From an uncultured Acidobacteriaceae bacterium (GTDB lineage: Bacteria > Acidobacteriota > Terriglobia > Terriglobales > Acidobacteriaceae), in contig CAWHWJ010000020.1 of the NCBI GenBank assembly GCA_963833015.1, forward strand, positions 67,891 through 99,890: DNA of 32,000 nt, written 5' to 3'. Within the stretch, counting starts at the first letter, position 1. Each line of letters starts with the position of its first letter. The notes under the pieces were generated by a model that searched no databases, was not told where the DNA came from, and saw only the letters and a list, made by a program, of their open reading frames with translations. Made by a program: the position numbers and the translations under genes. This document shows positions 1 to 9,814 of the stretch, piece by piece.

Positions 1-316
1 ATCCTCGTTTGCCCTATGCGACAGGCTCAGCCGGACTCACGATAACAGTCAGAGGCAGCTCCCGACGGATCATGATTATGCGGTTCCGACCCGCGAATAT
101 CAGACTGATCAATCGTCGCCCAAACCTGCCCGGCTGCTGCTCGCTCTGTCCTCGAGAAAAAGCAAAAGGAAACTACAAACCACAGATGTCGCAGAGTTGA
201 CACGGTCACTCCATATCAGGGCTTAGCGCTCATTGACAGGCTCTTCGAGGGTTTATCGGCATTTCTGGAGCGTCTGTGTGTCCTTCAGAGCGAGATGGAC
301 AGCTTACTCTGAATGT

Positions 317-1411
317 ATGACCGAAAATGAGAAGACGATTCGCGTTGGATTAATTGGCTACGGCTTTGCCGGCAAAACTTTCCATGCTCCATTGATCCGG
401 TCAGTGCCGGGACTGGTGTTGAGTGTTATAGGGTCGAGTAAACGAGAGATCCTGAAGGCAGAGTATCCCAATATCCTCGTCTGTTCCGCCGACGAAGTAC
501 CTACCCATCCGGATGTCGATCTGGTCGTGATTGCCAGCCCCAATGAAAGCCATTTCCTTCTCGCGGCCACTGCCTTGCGGGCAGGGAAAGATGTCGTCGT
601 GGATAAACCCTTTACTGTGACCCTTGCGGAAGCTCGTTCGCTCGCAGAAATTGCAGAAAAACACAACAGGATTCTGTCTGTCTTTCATAATCGGCGATGG
701 GACAGCGAGATTCTTGCCACTAAGGCAATTTTAGAAACAGGTGTGCTCGGCGAAATATCTCATTACGAGTCTCACATCGATCGTTTTCGGCCGCTCGTGC
801 GTCAACGCTGGCGCGAAGATCCCGGTCCGGGTGCAGGTTTATGGTTCGATCTTGGACCTCACCTCATCGACCAGACATTGCATCTCTTTGGACTTCCGCA
901 TGCAGTGAATGCCAGCTTCGGAATTTTACGCAAGGGAGGACGAACGGATGACTGGGCCCACGTGCAACTCATCTATGACCACATGCGGGTCGTCCTGCAT
1001 GCCTCGTTACTGGTGTCGGGCGGCGGTCCGCGATCTGTGCTTCACGGCACCCGGGGAAGCTGGGCGAAGTTCGGCGCTGACGTGCAGGAGCGGCAACTGA
1101 TGAGTGGCATGCTCCCTGACGATCCGGTGTTTGGCAATGACCCTAGTCCCGGCATCGTGTACGACGGTGCAACTGGCACGCAGACGGAAGTGCCGTCGCC
1201 AACAGGCAACCAGCGGGGATACTACTCCGGCATCAGAGACTCCATTCTTGGCAAATGCCCGGTGCCTGTTCCTGTAAAGGATGCTGTTGCTGGCATGGCT
1301 ATTCTGGAGACGTCCTTTAAGTCGGGAGCCCGGGGTCAGGTGCTGCCTCTTCCGCTGACCGAAGACGAACGCTCGAAATTGAAACAGCCTCATCTGCTAT
1401 CAGTAGTCTGA
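317..1411 (+). CDS. Gfo/Idh/MocA family NAD(P)-dependent oxidoreductase
   Basis: The ORF track gives 233..1411. I prefer the internal ATG at 317 (MTENEKTIRVGLIGYGFAGKTFHAP), which places the Rossmann GxGxxG motif at the N-terminus. The downstream sequence (VVIASPNESH, DKPF, FHNRRWD) is typical of the family. Confidence 0.85.
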   Translation: MTENEKTIRVGLIGYGFAGKTFHAPLIRSVPGLVLSVIGSSKREILKAEYPNILVCSADEVPTHPDVDLVVIASPNESHFLLAATALRAGKDVVVDKPFTVTLAEARSLAEIAEKHNRILSVFHNRRWDSEILATKAILETGVLGEISHYESHIDRFRPLVRQRWREDPGPGAGLWFDLGPHLIDQTLHLFGLPHAVNASFGILRKGGRTDDWAHVQLIYDHMRVVLHASLLVSGGGPRSVLHGTRGSWAKFGADVQERQLMSGMLPDDPVFGNDPSPGIVYDGATGTQTEVPSPTGNQRGYYSGIRDSILGKCPVPVPVKDAVAGMAILETSFKSGARGQVLPLPLTEDERSKLKQPHLLSVV

Positions 1412-1520
1412 TCGTCTGACACATTGAGATTTCATTCCTGATCTCTTGGCTACGGCTGGCTGCCACAGTCGATCACTGAAACCCCGGATTTTTACAACAG
1501 CTTTGGAGCCGATTGATCTT

Positions 1521-2750
1521 ATGGGAAATACAAATCGTACTGACATCTGGTCCCGTCGGAACTTCATCAAGGCCGCAACTCCTGTTGTACTCGGGCATGT
1601 CAGTTCAAGACGAGGACTGGCGGCAGGCGCGGAGCATAGGAATGTATTCGCGTACGTGGGTTCCTACACGAGTGCGGTCGATGGCGGAGCCAACGGCGAG
1701 GGAATCTATCGTTTCGAAATGGAGGCTCGCACGGGCGCGTTCACCGCGCGAAAGCTGGTTGCCAAAGCGCTCAATCCTTCCTGGATCGTGATTCATCCTT
1801 CGAAGAAATATCTTTACACGGTCAATGAGATCGTCAATCAGGAAAGCGGCGCGGTGAGCGCGTATGGGATTGAACCGGCAACCGGTGACTTGACTCCTCT
1901 GAACATGGTCAGTTCCGAGGGCAGAGGGCCGGCCCACATGAGCCTCGATGCTTCAGGCAAGTACGCTTTTGTCGCGAATTACGCTGGTGGCACGATTGCT
2001 GTGTTTCCGATTCTGGAGGGAGGAAGATTGGGGGCAGCTACGGATGTTCACCACGATCTCGGATCGGTGGGCGCCAAATCCGCAACCAACGCTCCGCCGG
2101 GAAGCTATGCCATCAGCGGCCACGATGCGCCTCACGCGCACATGATCGCGGCTGATCCCGAGAATCGGTTTGTTCTTTCTGTCGATCTGGGACAAGACAG
2201 GATCTATGTGTATCGTTTCGACAGCGATAGCGGGAAACTGAGCCCTTCGGAAGGCGAGCCTTTCATTTCCTTTCCATCGGGCAACGGGCCGCGTCATTTT
2301 GTCTTCCATCCGAACGGCCGCTGGATATATGTTCTCGGCGAAGAGTCGTCCACAATTGCGTTCTTCTATTACGACGCTACGCGTGGAGCGCTGACTTTAC
2401 AGCAAACCATTTCGTCGTTGCCGGAGCGATTTGCAGGGACGAACTTCACCTCTGAAGTAGTCATTTCGCCGGATGGCCGATTCCTGTATGCTGCCAATCG
2501 CCTGCATGATACGATCGCGATTTGCTCCATCGATAGCAACGGCAAGCTCACGCTCATTGGTGAAGTCTCGACGATGGGAGACTACCCTCGCCACTGCACC
2601 TTCGATCCGAGCGGCAGCTTTTTCTACGTGTGTAATCAACGTAGCGATAACATCACCTGCTTTAGAGTGCAGCGTCAGACAGGACTACTTTCGTTCACCG
2701 GTCTATATACAGCGGTTGGAACCCCATCCATTGTGACTTTTCTGTCTTAA
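1521..2750 (+). CDS. Lactonase, 7-bladed beta-propeller family (6-phosphogluconolactonase-like), Tat-exported
   Basis: Start chosen at ATG 1521, giving MGNTNRTDIWSRRNFIKAA, a twin-arginine-like signal. The body shows the repeated propeller pattern (GPAHMSLDASGKYAFVANY, GPRHFVFHPNGRWIYV, YPRHCTFDPSGSFFYVCNQ) characteristic of lactonase family proteins. Confidence 0.85.
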   Translation: MGNTNRTDIWSRRNFIKAATPVVLGHVSSRRGLAAGAEHRNVFAYVGSYTSAVDGGANGEGIYRFEMEARTGAFTARKLVAKALNPSWIVIHPSKKYLYTVNEIVNQESGAVSAYGIEPATGDLTPLNMVSSEGRGPAHMSLDASGKYAFVANYAGGTIAVFPILEGGRLGAATDVHHDLGSVGAKSATNAPPGSYAISGHDAPHAHMIAADPENRFVLSVDLGQDRIYVYRFDSDSGKLSPSEGEPFISFPSGNGPRHFVFHPNGRWIYVLGEESSTIAFFYYDATRGALTLQQTISSLPERFAGTNFTSEVVISPDGRFLYAANRLHDTIAICSIDSNGKLTLIGEVSTMGDYPRHCTFDPSGSFFYVCNQRSDNITCFRVQRQTGLLSFTGLYTAVGTPSIVTFLS

Positions 2751-2878
2751 GTCGTGCTTCCCGTTATCGCTCAGGTCTTGATGAGTGACTTGGCGATTAT
2801 GCGTAAATCGAGATCTGCGTTTTCTGCGGAAATGAGCGGTCAAGCGCTGAGCAGGATGCGGATCTGATCCTTCAGCTT

Positions 2879-5581
2879 CTACTCCATCCTCAGTGCGCGC
2901 ATCGGATCGGTGGATGCCGCGCGCCGGGCCGGTACAATCGCTGCTACCGAAGCGGCAACCAAAAGCAGAAGTACGCTGCCGCCCACCGCCAGCGGGTCCA
3001 TGACAGGCGTTTGATAAAGGAGACTGCGCACCCAGCGCAGCGCGATCAGCGCTATCGTGAGCCCAACACCAGTGCCGAGCAGAACCGGATATGCAGCCTG
3101 CCGAAGCACCAGTCCGATCAGGGCACTCTTCCCCGAACCCAATGCGATGCGGATGCCGAATTCCTGCCGGCGCAGCGAGACCGAATACACAAGCACGCCA
3201 TACACGCCCAGCAAGGCCAGGCACAACGCGGCCGCGCCGAAACCGCTAAGCAGCATGGCCTGGAAGCGGTCGGTTGCCACCGAATCGCTGACCTGTTCAT
3301 CCATGGACTTGAGCGTCGGAATGGCGACCTGCGGATCGATCTGCCAGATCGCGCGCCGCATCTCCGGAATCAGCGCATCGCTGGGTTGCGAGCTGCGCAC
3401 CAGAAACGACAGCGTCCATGGCGTGTAGGCCCAGTAGGGCAGATAGACCATGGCTGCATTGTCCTTGAGGCCGTTGATGCGCGCATCGGCCACGATTCCG
3501 ATCACCGTGATCGGATGCTTGTCGTCCGGAACGAGGTCCTTGATCGTTCGTCCGATGGGATTCTCGCCGGGAAAGCCCTCGCGCGCCGTCCTCTCCGAGA
3601 TGAGCGCCACATAGGGATTGGCGCGATCGGCAGCTGTGATGTTGCGGCCAGCGACGAGCGCGCTTCGCATCGTGGGCAGATAGTCGGGATTGATCCAGCG
3701 CACGTTGATCGCCGGCTCCTGCCCCGCCGGTACGGGATGGTCCGGCCGGGTAAGATTATCCACCCAGGTTTCACCGGTCAGTGGCGCCACGCTGGTCAGG
3801 GCCACCGACTGCACGCCGGGCAGTTGTCCGAGAGCGGCAAGCGCGCGGTCGATAAAGCTTTGCTTGGCGATCTTATAGGTTTTGGAGGAATCGCCGTATT
3901 GCGGTGAGAACAGATCGACCTGCGCCAGCGTCACGTGGCTCGCATCGAAGCCGCGATTCTGCCGCAGAAGCCGGGACAGGCTGCGCAGCGCCAGCGAGGT
4001 GACAATGAGCAGGACCACGGTGCACGCCACCTGCGCTGCCACCATAAGGCTGCGCACACGGTGGCTCTCCCGCGTATTGGCTGCGCGCGTGGAGTTTGCC
4101 TGCAGCGCAGCTTGCGGAGCAACACGAAGAGAGCGCAGGGCGGGCAGCATGCCAAACGCGATTGCGGCCGCAATCGAGAGTCCTGCGGCAAACAGCAGCA
4201 CCGGCGTGCTGACGTGCACCTCATCGAGGCGCGGGATATTAGCAGGCGCCAATGCGATCAGCAGCCGCACGCCGCCGAAGGCCAGCGCTGCTCCGGCTGC
4301 GCCGCCGGCAAACGCCAGCACCAGGCTCTCGGCCAGCCGCGACCTCGCCAGTTGGCCCCGGCTTGCGCCGAGTGCCGCGCGAACCGCCGTCTCCCGCTCC
4401 GCATTGACAGCGCGCGCTAGTTGCAGGTTAGCCAGGTTGACGCACGCGATCAGCAGCACCGCGCCCACTGCGGCAAACAGCATCCAGAGCGCGCCGCTCA
4501 CGCCCGACGCCACATCCTTCGCCAGCGGCGTCAGCGCGATTCCGAACTGTAGAGGCAGATGCGCGGAAAGCGTGTACGCATTCTGTAAAGCCTCCAGTTC
4601 GGCGTTTGCCTGGGCCAGCGTTATGCCGGGCTTGAGCCGCGCAATCGCCTTGTAGTTGAAGTTGCCCATGTCTGCATTCAGGTCGCGCTCGCTCGGCGCC
4701 TGCGGCTTAAAAAGCAAGGCGTCGCGTGCGAATTCCTGAAAGGCGATCTTCGGCGCCAATACGATCTGCGGAAACTGCACGCCCGGCGGCAGCACTCCGA
4801 TGACCGTAGTCGGTTGGCCGCCAATTCGAAGCGCCTTTCCAATCACTCCAGTGTCGCCATCGAAGAAACTCTGCCAGCCCTCGTAGCTCAACATGACTAC
4901 ATCGTCGGCGCCCTTTTTCGTATCGCCTTCCGCAAACTCCCGGCCCAGAATGGGTTGAACGCCAAGCAGCCGGAAAAGATTCGGCGAAGCTGTAATCGCG
5001 CCTACAATGTGGGGGTGATCGCCGTTGGGCGAGACGCTCAGTCCCTGTTGGGCAAAGATCGCGGCGTCTTCGAGGGTTGCCTCCGCGTCTTTCTTCAGGC
5101 GCAGAAAATGCCGGTAATTGTCGGGAATCGCCGTCCGCTCGCTGCGCGCCTTGTCTTCGACCGTCTCGCGCATCACCACGAGGCGGTCCGGATCACGAAA
5201 AGCGAATGGCTTGAGCAACACCGCATTGACCACGCTGAACACCGACGTGACCGCGCCAATGCCCAATGCGAGCGTAAGGATGGCGGTGAGCGCGAACCCG
5301 GGCGACTTCCGCAGTTGACGGATGGCATAGCGGATATCGCGAGCCGCCTCTTCAATCCATGGCAGGCCGCGCTGTACGCGATAGCTCTCGCGGATCTGCG
5401 TGATGCCGCCAAACGCGCGCAGCGCGGCGGTGCGTGCCTGCTGCTCATTCATCCCGCGCACGCGATTTTCTTCGATGGCCAGATCGATATGCGCGCGCAG
5501 TTCTTCGTCGAGAACGGCATCGAGCTTCCTGCTGCGGAAGAGTGCTGCGAAACGGCTGAGGAGAATGCGGATCCAGTCCAT
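2879..5581 (-). CDS. ADOP-type duplicated permease (MacB/FtsX-like, two FtsX domains), copy 1
   Basis: 900 aa. The N-terminus (MDWIRILLSRF..LDEELRAHIDLAIEENRVRGMNEQQARTAALRAFGG..IRYAIRQLRKSPGFALTAILTLALGIG) matches the acidobacterial duplicated orphan permease signature. MacB-like periplasmic and FtsX transmembrane blocks are duplicated. The start lies 9 nt downstream of the PadR stop. Confidence 0.9.
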   Translation of the reverse strand: MDWIRILLSRFAALFRSRKLDAVLDEELRAHIDLAIEENRVRGMNEQQARTAALRAFGGITQIRESYRVQRGLPWIEEAARDIRYAIRQLRKSPGFALTAILTLALGIGAVTSVFSVVNAVLLKPFAFRDPDRLVVMRETVEDKARSERTAIPDNYRHFLRLKKDAEATLEDAAIFAQQGLSVSPNGDHPHIVGAITASPNLFRLLGVQPILGREFAEGDTKKGADDVVMLSYEGWQSFFDGDTGVIGKALRIGGQPTTVIGVLPPGVQFPQIVLAPKIAFQEFARDALLFKPQAPSERDLNADMGNFNYKAIARLKPGITLAQANAELEALQNAYTLSAHLPLQFGIALTPLAKDVASGVSGALWMLFAAVGAVLLIACVNLANLQLARAVNAERETAVRAALGASRGQLARSRLAESLVLAFAGGAAGAALAFGGVRLLIALAPANIPRLDEVHVSTPVLLFAAGLSIAAAIAFGMLPALRSLRVAPQAALQANSTRAANTRESHRVRSLMVAAQVACTVVLLIVTSLALRSLSRLLRQNRGFDASHVTLAQVDLFSPQYGDSSKTYKIAKQSFIDRALAALGQLPGVQSVALTSVAPLTGETWVDNLTRPDHPVPAGQEPAINVRWINPDYLPTMRSALVAGRNITAADRANPYVALISERTAREGFPGENPIGRTIKDLVPDDKHPITVIGIVADARINGLKDNAAMVYLPYWAYTPWTLSFLVRSSQPSDALIPEMRRAIWQIDPQVAIPTLKSMDEQVSDSVATDRFQAMLLSGFGAAALCLALLGVYGVLVYSVSLRRQEFGIRIALGSGKSALIGLVLRQAAYPVLLGTGVGLTIALIALRWVRSLLYQTPVMDPLAVGGSVLLLLVAASVAAIVPARRAASTDPMRALRME

Positions 5582-5590
5582 AATCGCCTC

Positions 5591-5929
5591 CTAATTCGAC
5601 GGGGCAAGGAAGCGCGCCATGGTGGCGGCGATGCGCTCCCAGTTTTCGATCTCCTGCTCGATCTGCTTCCGCCCGGTGCGGGTCAACGAGTAGAACTTAG
5701 CGCGGCGCCCGGTTTCCGAAGTACCCCATTCGGCCTTCACCCACCTCCGCTGTTCCAGGCGAAGAAGAGCTGGATAGATGGTTCCCTGGTTGAGGCTCAT
5801 CGTGTTCCCACTGACTTGTTCGATTCGTCGCGCAATTCCGTAGCCGTGCAGCGGACCCATCGACTCAAGCGTCTTCAGCACCATCAGATCAAGCGTTCCC
5901 TGTAATACATCTGATTTGCTTTCCGGCAC
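5591..5929 (-). CDS. PadR family transcriptional regulator, copy 1
   Basis: 112 aa with a GTG start. Winged-helix PadR motifs are present: LQGTLDLMVLKTL..GPLHGYGIARRIEQVSG..LNQGTIYPALLRLEQRRWV..YYSLT-like KFYSLTRTGRKQ. Confidence 0.9.
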   Translation of the reverse strand: MPESKSDVLQGTLDLMVLKTLESMGPLHGYGIARRIEQVSGNTMSLNQGTIYPALLRLEQRRWVKAEWGTSETGRRAKFYSLTRTGRKQIEQEIENWERIAATMARFLAPSN

Positions 5930-5950
5930 GTCCGCTCTCCTGTTGATCGT

Positions 5951-5980
5951 CTACCTATATCTAGGACACGTTATAGGTAG
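5951..5980. promoter_or_regulatory. Perfect 9-bp inverted repeat CTACCTATA-N12-TATAGGTAG upstream of PadR copy 1 (candidate operator)
   Basis: Read directly from the sequence: ctacctatatctaggacacgttataggtag, 22 nt upstream of the PadR start. PadR regulators typically bind inverted repeats and autoregulate. Confidence 0.45.
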
Positions 5981-6141
5981 AATGTCAACAGGTTAATCGT
6001 TGAGTCTCAGCCTTTGCGTCTGATATCGACTATTGACTACAGGGCTTACCACGTTCCAAAACTAACTAAAGCACCTGGAAACGCGGTTTGGCGATGATGC
6101 GCCAATTGAGAATGCCTCTGGAAGATTGCCAGAATGTCAGC

Positions 6142-8760
6142 CTATTCGGCTCTCAATGCTTGCATCGGATCGAGGCGCGATGCACGCCACGCGGCGACGA
6201 TACATGCGAACGCAGCCACCGCGAGCAGCGTTGCGGAAACCGCGGCAAAAACCGCCGGATCGAGCGGCTTGATCTCATAGAGCAGGTCGCGCATCAACCG
6301 GCCGGCTGCCAGGCTTGCTGCAAGTCCCACCACAAGACCGAAGACCGCGGGTCGCATTCCATCCAGCAGCATCTTCTGCATCACGTGTTCGCGCTTTGCG
6401 CCCAACGCGATGCGGATGCCGATTTCGGTCGTCCGCTCCGTTGCGATGTACGACATCACCCCGAACAGGCCCACCGCGGCAAGGACCAGCGACAGCGTCG
6501 CGAAAGCGACGAGCAGCGTTGTGTTGAAGCTCTGGTCCAGGGTCGATTTGCCGAGCAACTGGTTCATGGTGAGCACGTCGGAGACGGGCAGATCGCTGTC
6601 CATCTCGGCGACGATGCGCTCAACCGGCAGAGCGTATTGCTCCACGTCATGACTGGAGCGAACGACAAGCGTGCCGACGGTCTCGACGCCGGCATCCAGC
6701 GGGAAGTACATCATAGGCAGCAGTTTTTCGCCGATCACGGAGCGCGTATCGCCGACGATGCCCACAACCTCCGCGGTGTGATGCCGAAGCAGGGCATTGA
6801 TGTGTTTGCCGACTGGGTCCTCGCCGGGAAAGTACTGATTAGCGAACGACTGGCTGATGACGACTTCATTGGCCGCATCCAATCGCTTACCGAAGTCAAA
6901 TGTGCGGCCGCGCAGGAGAGGAATACCCATCGAGGCGAAATACTTTGAATCGGCCCAAAGCTTATTGGCACTCAGTCCGCTGCCTTGCGGCAAGGGCGGG
7001 TGTTCGACAATAGTGAATCCCCAATCGCCCCAATATCCCTGGCCGGGAGCGACCGTGACAAAGCCCGCCGCATCCACGCCGGGCAGACCGCGGACGCGCG
7101 CGAGCAGCGTGTCGAAAAAGTTGGCGCGCTGGGCCGGCGTGGGATAGCGGGCATCCGGAAGGCCGAGATGCATGGTGAGCACGTTTTGCGTGATGCAGCC
7201 CATGTCGGCGGAGCGCAGCCGTTCGTAACTCTTGAGCAGCAGGCCGGCACCGATGAGCAACACCACAGTCAAGCCGACTTCGATCGCCAGCAACACCTTG
7301 CGCAGCGTGGCTCGCGCGCTACCGCCGCTCACCGAGCGCGAGGCCTCATACAACGCGCTCAGTACGCGTTTGTCGCTGGCGCTGAATGCCGTGATCAATC
7401 CGCAAAACAGCGCGCACAGCACGATGATGCCGACGGTGAACGCAGCTACCACGCCGTCGATGTGGATGGATTCGACGCGGCTCATGTCCTGGCGAATTCG
7501 CGTCAGCCATTGCAGCGCGGCGAAGGCCAGCAACAGGCCCAGGGCGCCTCCGGCGGCAGACAGCAGCAGGCTCTCCAACAGCCGTTCGCGCATCAGGCGC
7601 AGCCAGCCTCCGCCCAGCGCGGTGCGAATTGCCAGTTCCTTGCGTCGCGCCGCCGCGCGCGCCACCAGCAGGTTGGCCACATTCAGGCAGGCGATCAGAA
7701 GCAGGCAGCAGGTCGCCTCCAGAAGCACGTAGAGCGGCTTCTTGATGTCGCCCACGATGTCATCCAGCAACTGCCGGCTGCTGGCACTTCTGAATACGAA
7801 TGGGTCGTTGAGGTGCGCATCGTGGATGCGACGGGAGATCAGACTCAGGTCGGCTGCGCCCTGCGCCGCGCTGACTCCCGGCTTGAGCCGTCCAACCACG
7901 TTAAGCATGTGTATGCTGAACGAGGTCATCTGTTCCTCGGGCCTGTCGTGGTAGACCGATGTCCAGAGCTGCGTGGATGAGTCAGGAAAATTGAACCAGG
8001 CGGGCATGATGCCGATGACGGTATAGGGCTGGGCGTCAAGATAGATCTTCTGGTTGAGGATGGCAGGATCGCCGCCGAAGCGGCGCTTCCAAAGGCCCCA
8101 GCTGAGCAGTACCGTGGCGCTGGCGGCGGGGCTGTCATCGGCCTGCGAAAAATCGCGGCCGAGGGCGGGCTGCACGCCTAGTGTGCGTAGCAAATCCCAT
8201 GAGAGCTCTGCGCTATCGAGCTTCTCCGGCAGTTGCCCACCCGACCCGGAGAGTCCGACGCGGCTGCCGCGCGCGAGTGCAAGACTGCTGAAACTCTGGT
8301 TCTGCTTCTTCCATTCGGCATACATGCCTCCGGAGACCGTGTTGTAGGCTACCGTGTCGTTTTCATGAAGGCCCGATTCGTAAAGCATGACGAGGCGATC
8401 CGGATCCTGGAATGGCAAGGGCTTGAGCAAAACGCCACGCACTACCGTGAACAGCGCGACGTTAGCGCCAATGCCCAGCGCCATCACCAGGATGGCGATG
8501 ACGGTAAAGCCGGGGGTGCGACGAAGGGTGCGCAGACTGAAGCGCAGATCGCGTGCGAGGGATTCAAGCCAGTTCCAGGACCAGATGGCGCGAGTCTGTT
8601 CACGAATAAGAGTAGGATTGCCAAAGGCGCGCAAGGCTGCGTGGCGAGCTTCTTCGGGGGTCAGGCCGCGGTCGCGCTGCTCTTCTTCTTCGAGATCGAG
8701 ATCGGAACGCAGCTCCCGCTCCAGGTCGACATCCCGCTTCCGCGATGGCCACCATTTCAT
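6142..8760 (-). CDS. ADOP-type duplicated permease (MacB/FtsX-like), copy 2
   Basis: 872 aa. The N-terminus (MKWWPSRKRDVDLERELRSDLDLEEEEQRDRGLTPEEARHAALRAFGNPTLIREQTR..LRRTPGFTVIAILVMALGIGAN) has the same architecture as copy 1. The start is 1 nt after the PadR-2 stop, which suggests translational coupling. Confidence 0.9.
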   Translation of the reverse strand: MKWWPSRKRDVDLERELRSDLDLEEEEQRDRGLTPEEARHAALRAFGNPTLIREQTRAIWSWNWLESLARDLRFSLRTLRRTPGFTVIAILVMALGIGANVALFTVVRGVLLKPLPFQDPDRLVMLYESGLHENDTVAYNTVSGGMYAEWKKQNQSFSSLALARGSRVGLSGSGGQLPEKLDSAELSWDLLRTLGVQPALGRDFSQADDSPAASATVLLSWGLWKRRFGGDPAILNQKIYLDAQPYTVIGIMPAWFNFPDSSTQLWTSVYHDRPEEQMTSFSIHMLNVVGRLKPGVSAAQGAADLSLISRRIHDAHLNDPFVFRSASSRQLLDDIVGDIKKPLYVLLEATCCLLLIACLNVANLLVARAAARRKELAIRTALGGGWLRLMRERLLESLLLSAAGGALGLLLAFAALQWLTRIRQDMSRVESIHIDGVVAAFTVGIIVLCALFCGLITAFSASDKRVLSALYEASRSVSGGSARATLRKVLLAIEVGLTVVLLIGAGLLLKSYERLRSADMGCITQNVLTMHLGLPDARYPTPAQRANFFDTLLARVRGLPGVDAAGFVTVAPGQGYWGDWGFTIVEHPPLPQGSGLSANKLWADSKYFASMGIPLLRGRTFDFGKRLDAANEVVISQSFANQYFPGEDPVGKHINALLRHHTAEVVGIVGDTRSVIGEKLLPMMYFPLDAGVETVGTLVVRSSHDVEQYALPVERIVAEMDSDLPVSDVLTMNQLLGKSTLDQSFNTTLLVAFATLSLVLAAVGLFGVMSYIATERTTEIGIRIALGAKREHVMQKMLLDGMRPAVFGLVVGLAASLAAGRLMRDLLYEIKPLDPAVFAAVSATLLAVAAFACIVAAWRASRLDPMQALRAE

Positions 8761-8761
8761 C

Positions 8762-9118
8762 TCAGCTCTCCTCGGCGGCGGGCCACATCACGCGTGCGAC
8801 AGCTTCCGCCATCTGCTTCCACTGCGACTCTTCGACCACGAGCTGCTTCTTGCCTTTATCCGTCAAGCGGTAGTATTTGAATTCCCGATTTCGGTCCGGT
8901 GCAGTCTCCCATTTGGAGACAACCCATCCTCGCCGCTCCAGGCGATGCAGCGCGGGATAGAGCGAGCCGTGCTGCATCTGGAGGAATTCATTCGTGCTCC
9001 TCTGAATGTGCTTCCCGATCTGGTGACCGTGAGCAGGTCCATAGAGAAGGGTCCTCAAGATGAGCATGTCAAGCGTTCCCTGGAGGAGCCCGACCCGTTG
9101 CTGCGCTTGCTTGGCCAT
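8762..9118 (-). CDS. PadR family transcriptional regulator, copy 2
   Basis: 118 aa with PadR motifs: LLQGTLDMLILRTLLYGPAHGHQIGKHIQRSTNEFLQMQHGSLYPALHRLERRGWV..YYRLTDKGKKQL. Confidence 0.9.
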   Translation of the reverse strand: MAKQAQQRVGLLQGTLDMLILRTLLYGPAHGHQIGKHIQRSTNEFLQMQHGSLYPALHRLERRGWVVSKWETAPDRNREFKYYRLTDKGKKQLVVEESQWKQMAEAVARVMWPAAEES

Positions 9119-9128
9119 AGAAGACAGT

Positions 9129-9155
9129 CTACCCCCGATCTGGCAAGGATGGTAG
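9129..9155. promoter_or_regulatory. CTACC-N17-GGTAG inverted repeat upstream of PadR copy 2 (candidate operator; same half-sites as copy 1)
   Basis: Sequence ctacccccgatctggcaaggatggtag lies 11 nt upstream of the PadR-2 start. It shares the CTACC/GGTAG half-sites with 5951-5980. Confidence 0.3.
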
Positions 9156-9315
9156 GTGCGTCATGCACGGACAGCAGGAAAACCAGCTAGGACAGCCTCG
9201 TGTAAGACCGGCTGGCGAGGCCCATAGGAGTTGAGTTATGCATGGCGGAACGGCAACCTGCACATTTCCATGCGCTCTCGTTGGGATTGCCTGTATAGCG
9301 AACTAGAGGCCTGCT

Positions 9316-9621
9316 ATGCCGATCAATCATCGTATTCTTTCGTGTAGCAACGACGAGTATCTTCTTCGAGTCCGACACTGGGCCCTGGAGCATGCGTTGT
9401 TTGAGGTAGTAGACGTATACGGAGTCGACGCCTTTGAGAAGCTGAGAGAAGGCGATTTTGACGTTGTCCTCATCTGTCACTCGCTCTCAGATGCGGAACA
9501 ATGTCGCGTTCGAAAGACAGCCGAGGGACGCTGGCCGAACGCGGCCATTCTGAACCTAGATCGACCACTGGATACGCTGCGCGTGCACACGATACCGATG
9601 GCTGAGTTCCGACGCCGGTGA
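9316..9621 (+). CDS. Hypothetical protein with receiver (REC)-like fold features
   Basis: 101 aa, with AGAGG 8 nt upstream of the ATG. The pattern ILSCSNDEYLL..ALEHALFEVVDVYGVDAFEKLREGDFDVVLICHSL resembles a response-regulator receiver, with 'CHS' replacing the phospho-acceptor Asp region. This is a weak call made by eye. Confidence 0.35.
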   Translation: MPINHRILSCSNDEYLLRVRHWALEHALFEVVDVYGVDAFEKLREGDFDVVLICHSLSDAEQCRVRKTAEGRWPNAAILNLDRPLDTLRVHTIPMAEFRRR

Positions 9622-9814
9622 AGCGGTCTTCCATTCTGGACCTAGCCCGATCCTTGAGCCGTGAGTGTCCGCTGCCGGTCAACGGTGTTCAGAATCGGTC
9701 AGAGTGGATGTTGAACATGCCGAGGCACTGTACTAATTTCCAGTCTTTAGATGGTGAACGTTTGGCCTCCGGATTGCAGCTCTTCAGGTGTGAAGATCTC
9801 TTAAGGAGCTTCCC

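Noticed and set aside
1-232. Short ORFs at the left edge (9..200 plus strand, 27..209 minus strand) or the tail of an upstream gene
   Set aside because: All minus frames stop inside the window. The plus-frame translations have no recognisable features, and there is not enough sequence to call anything.
3011-8880. Many long plus-strand ORFs (up to 363 aa) antisense to the ADOP permease genes; the same occurs antisense to the RND, integrase, IS5 (29029..29916) and cupin genes
   Set aside because: These are Arg/Ala/Gly-rich low-complexity translations typical of the antisense strand of high-GC genes. The opposite-strand genes have clear family signatures.
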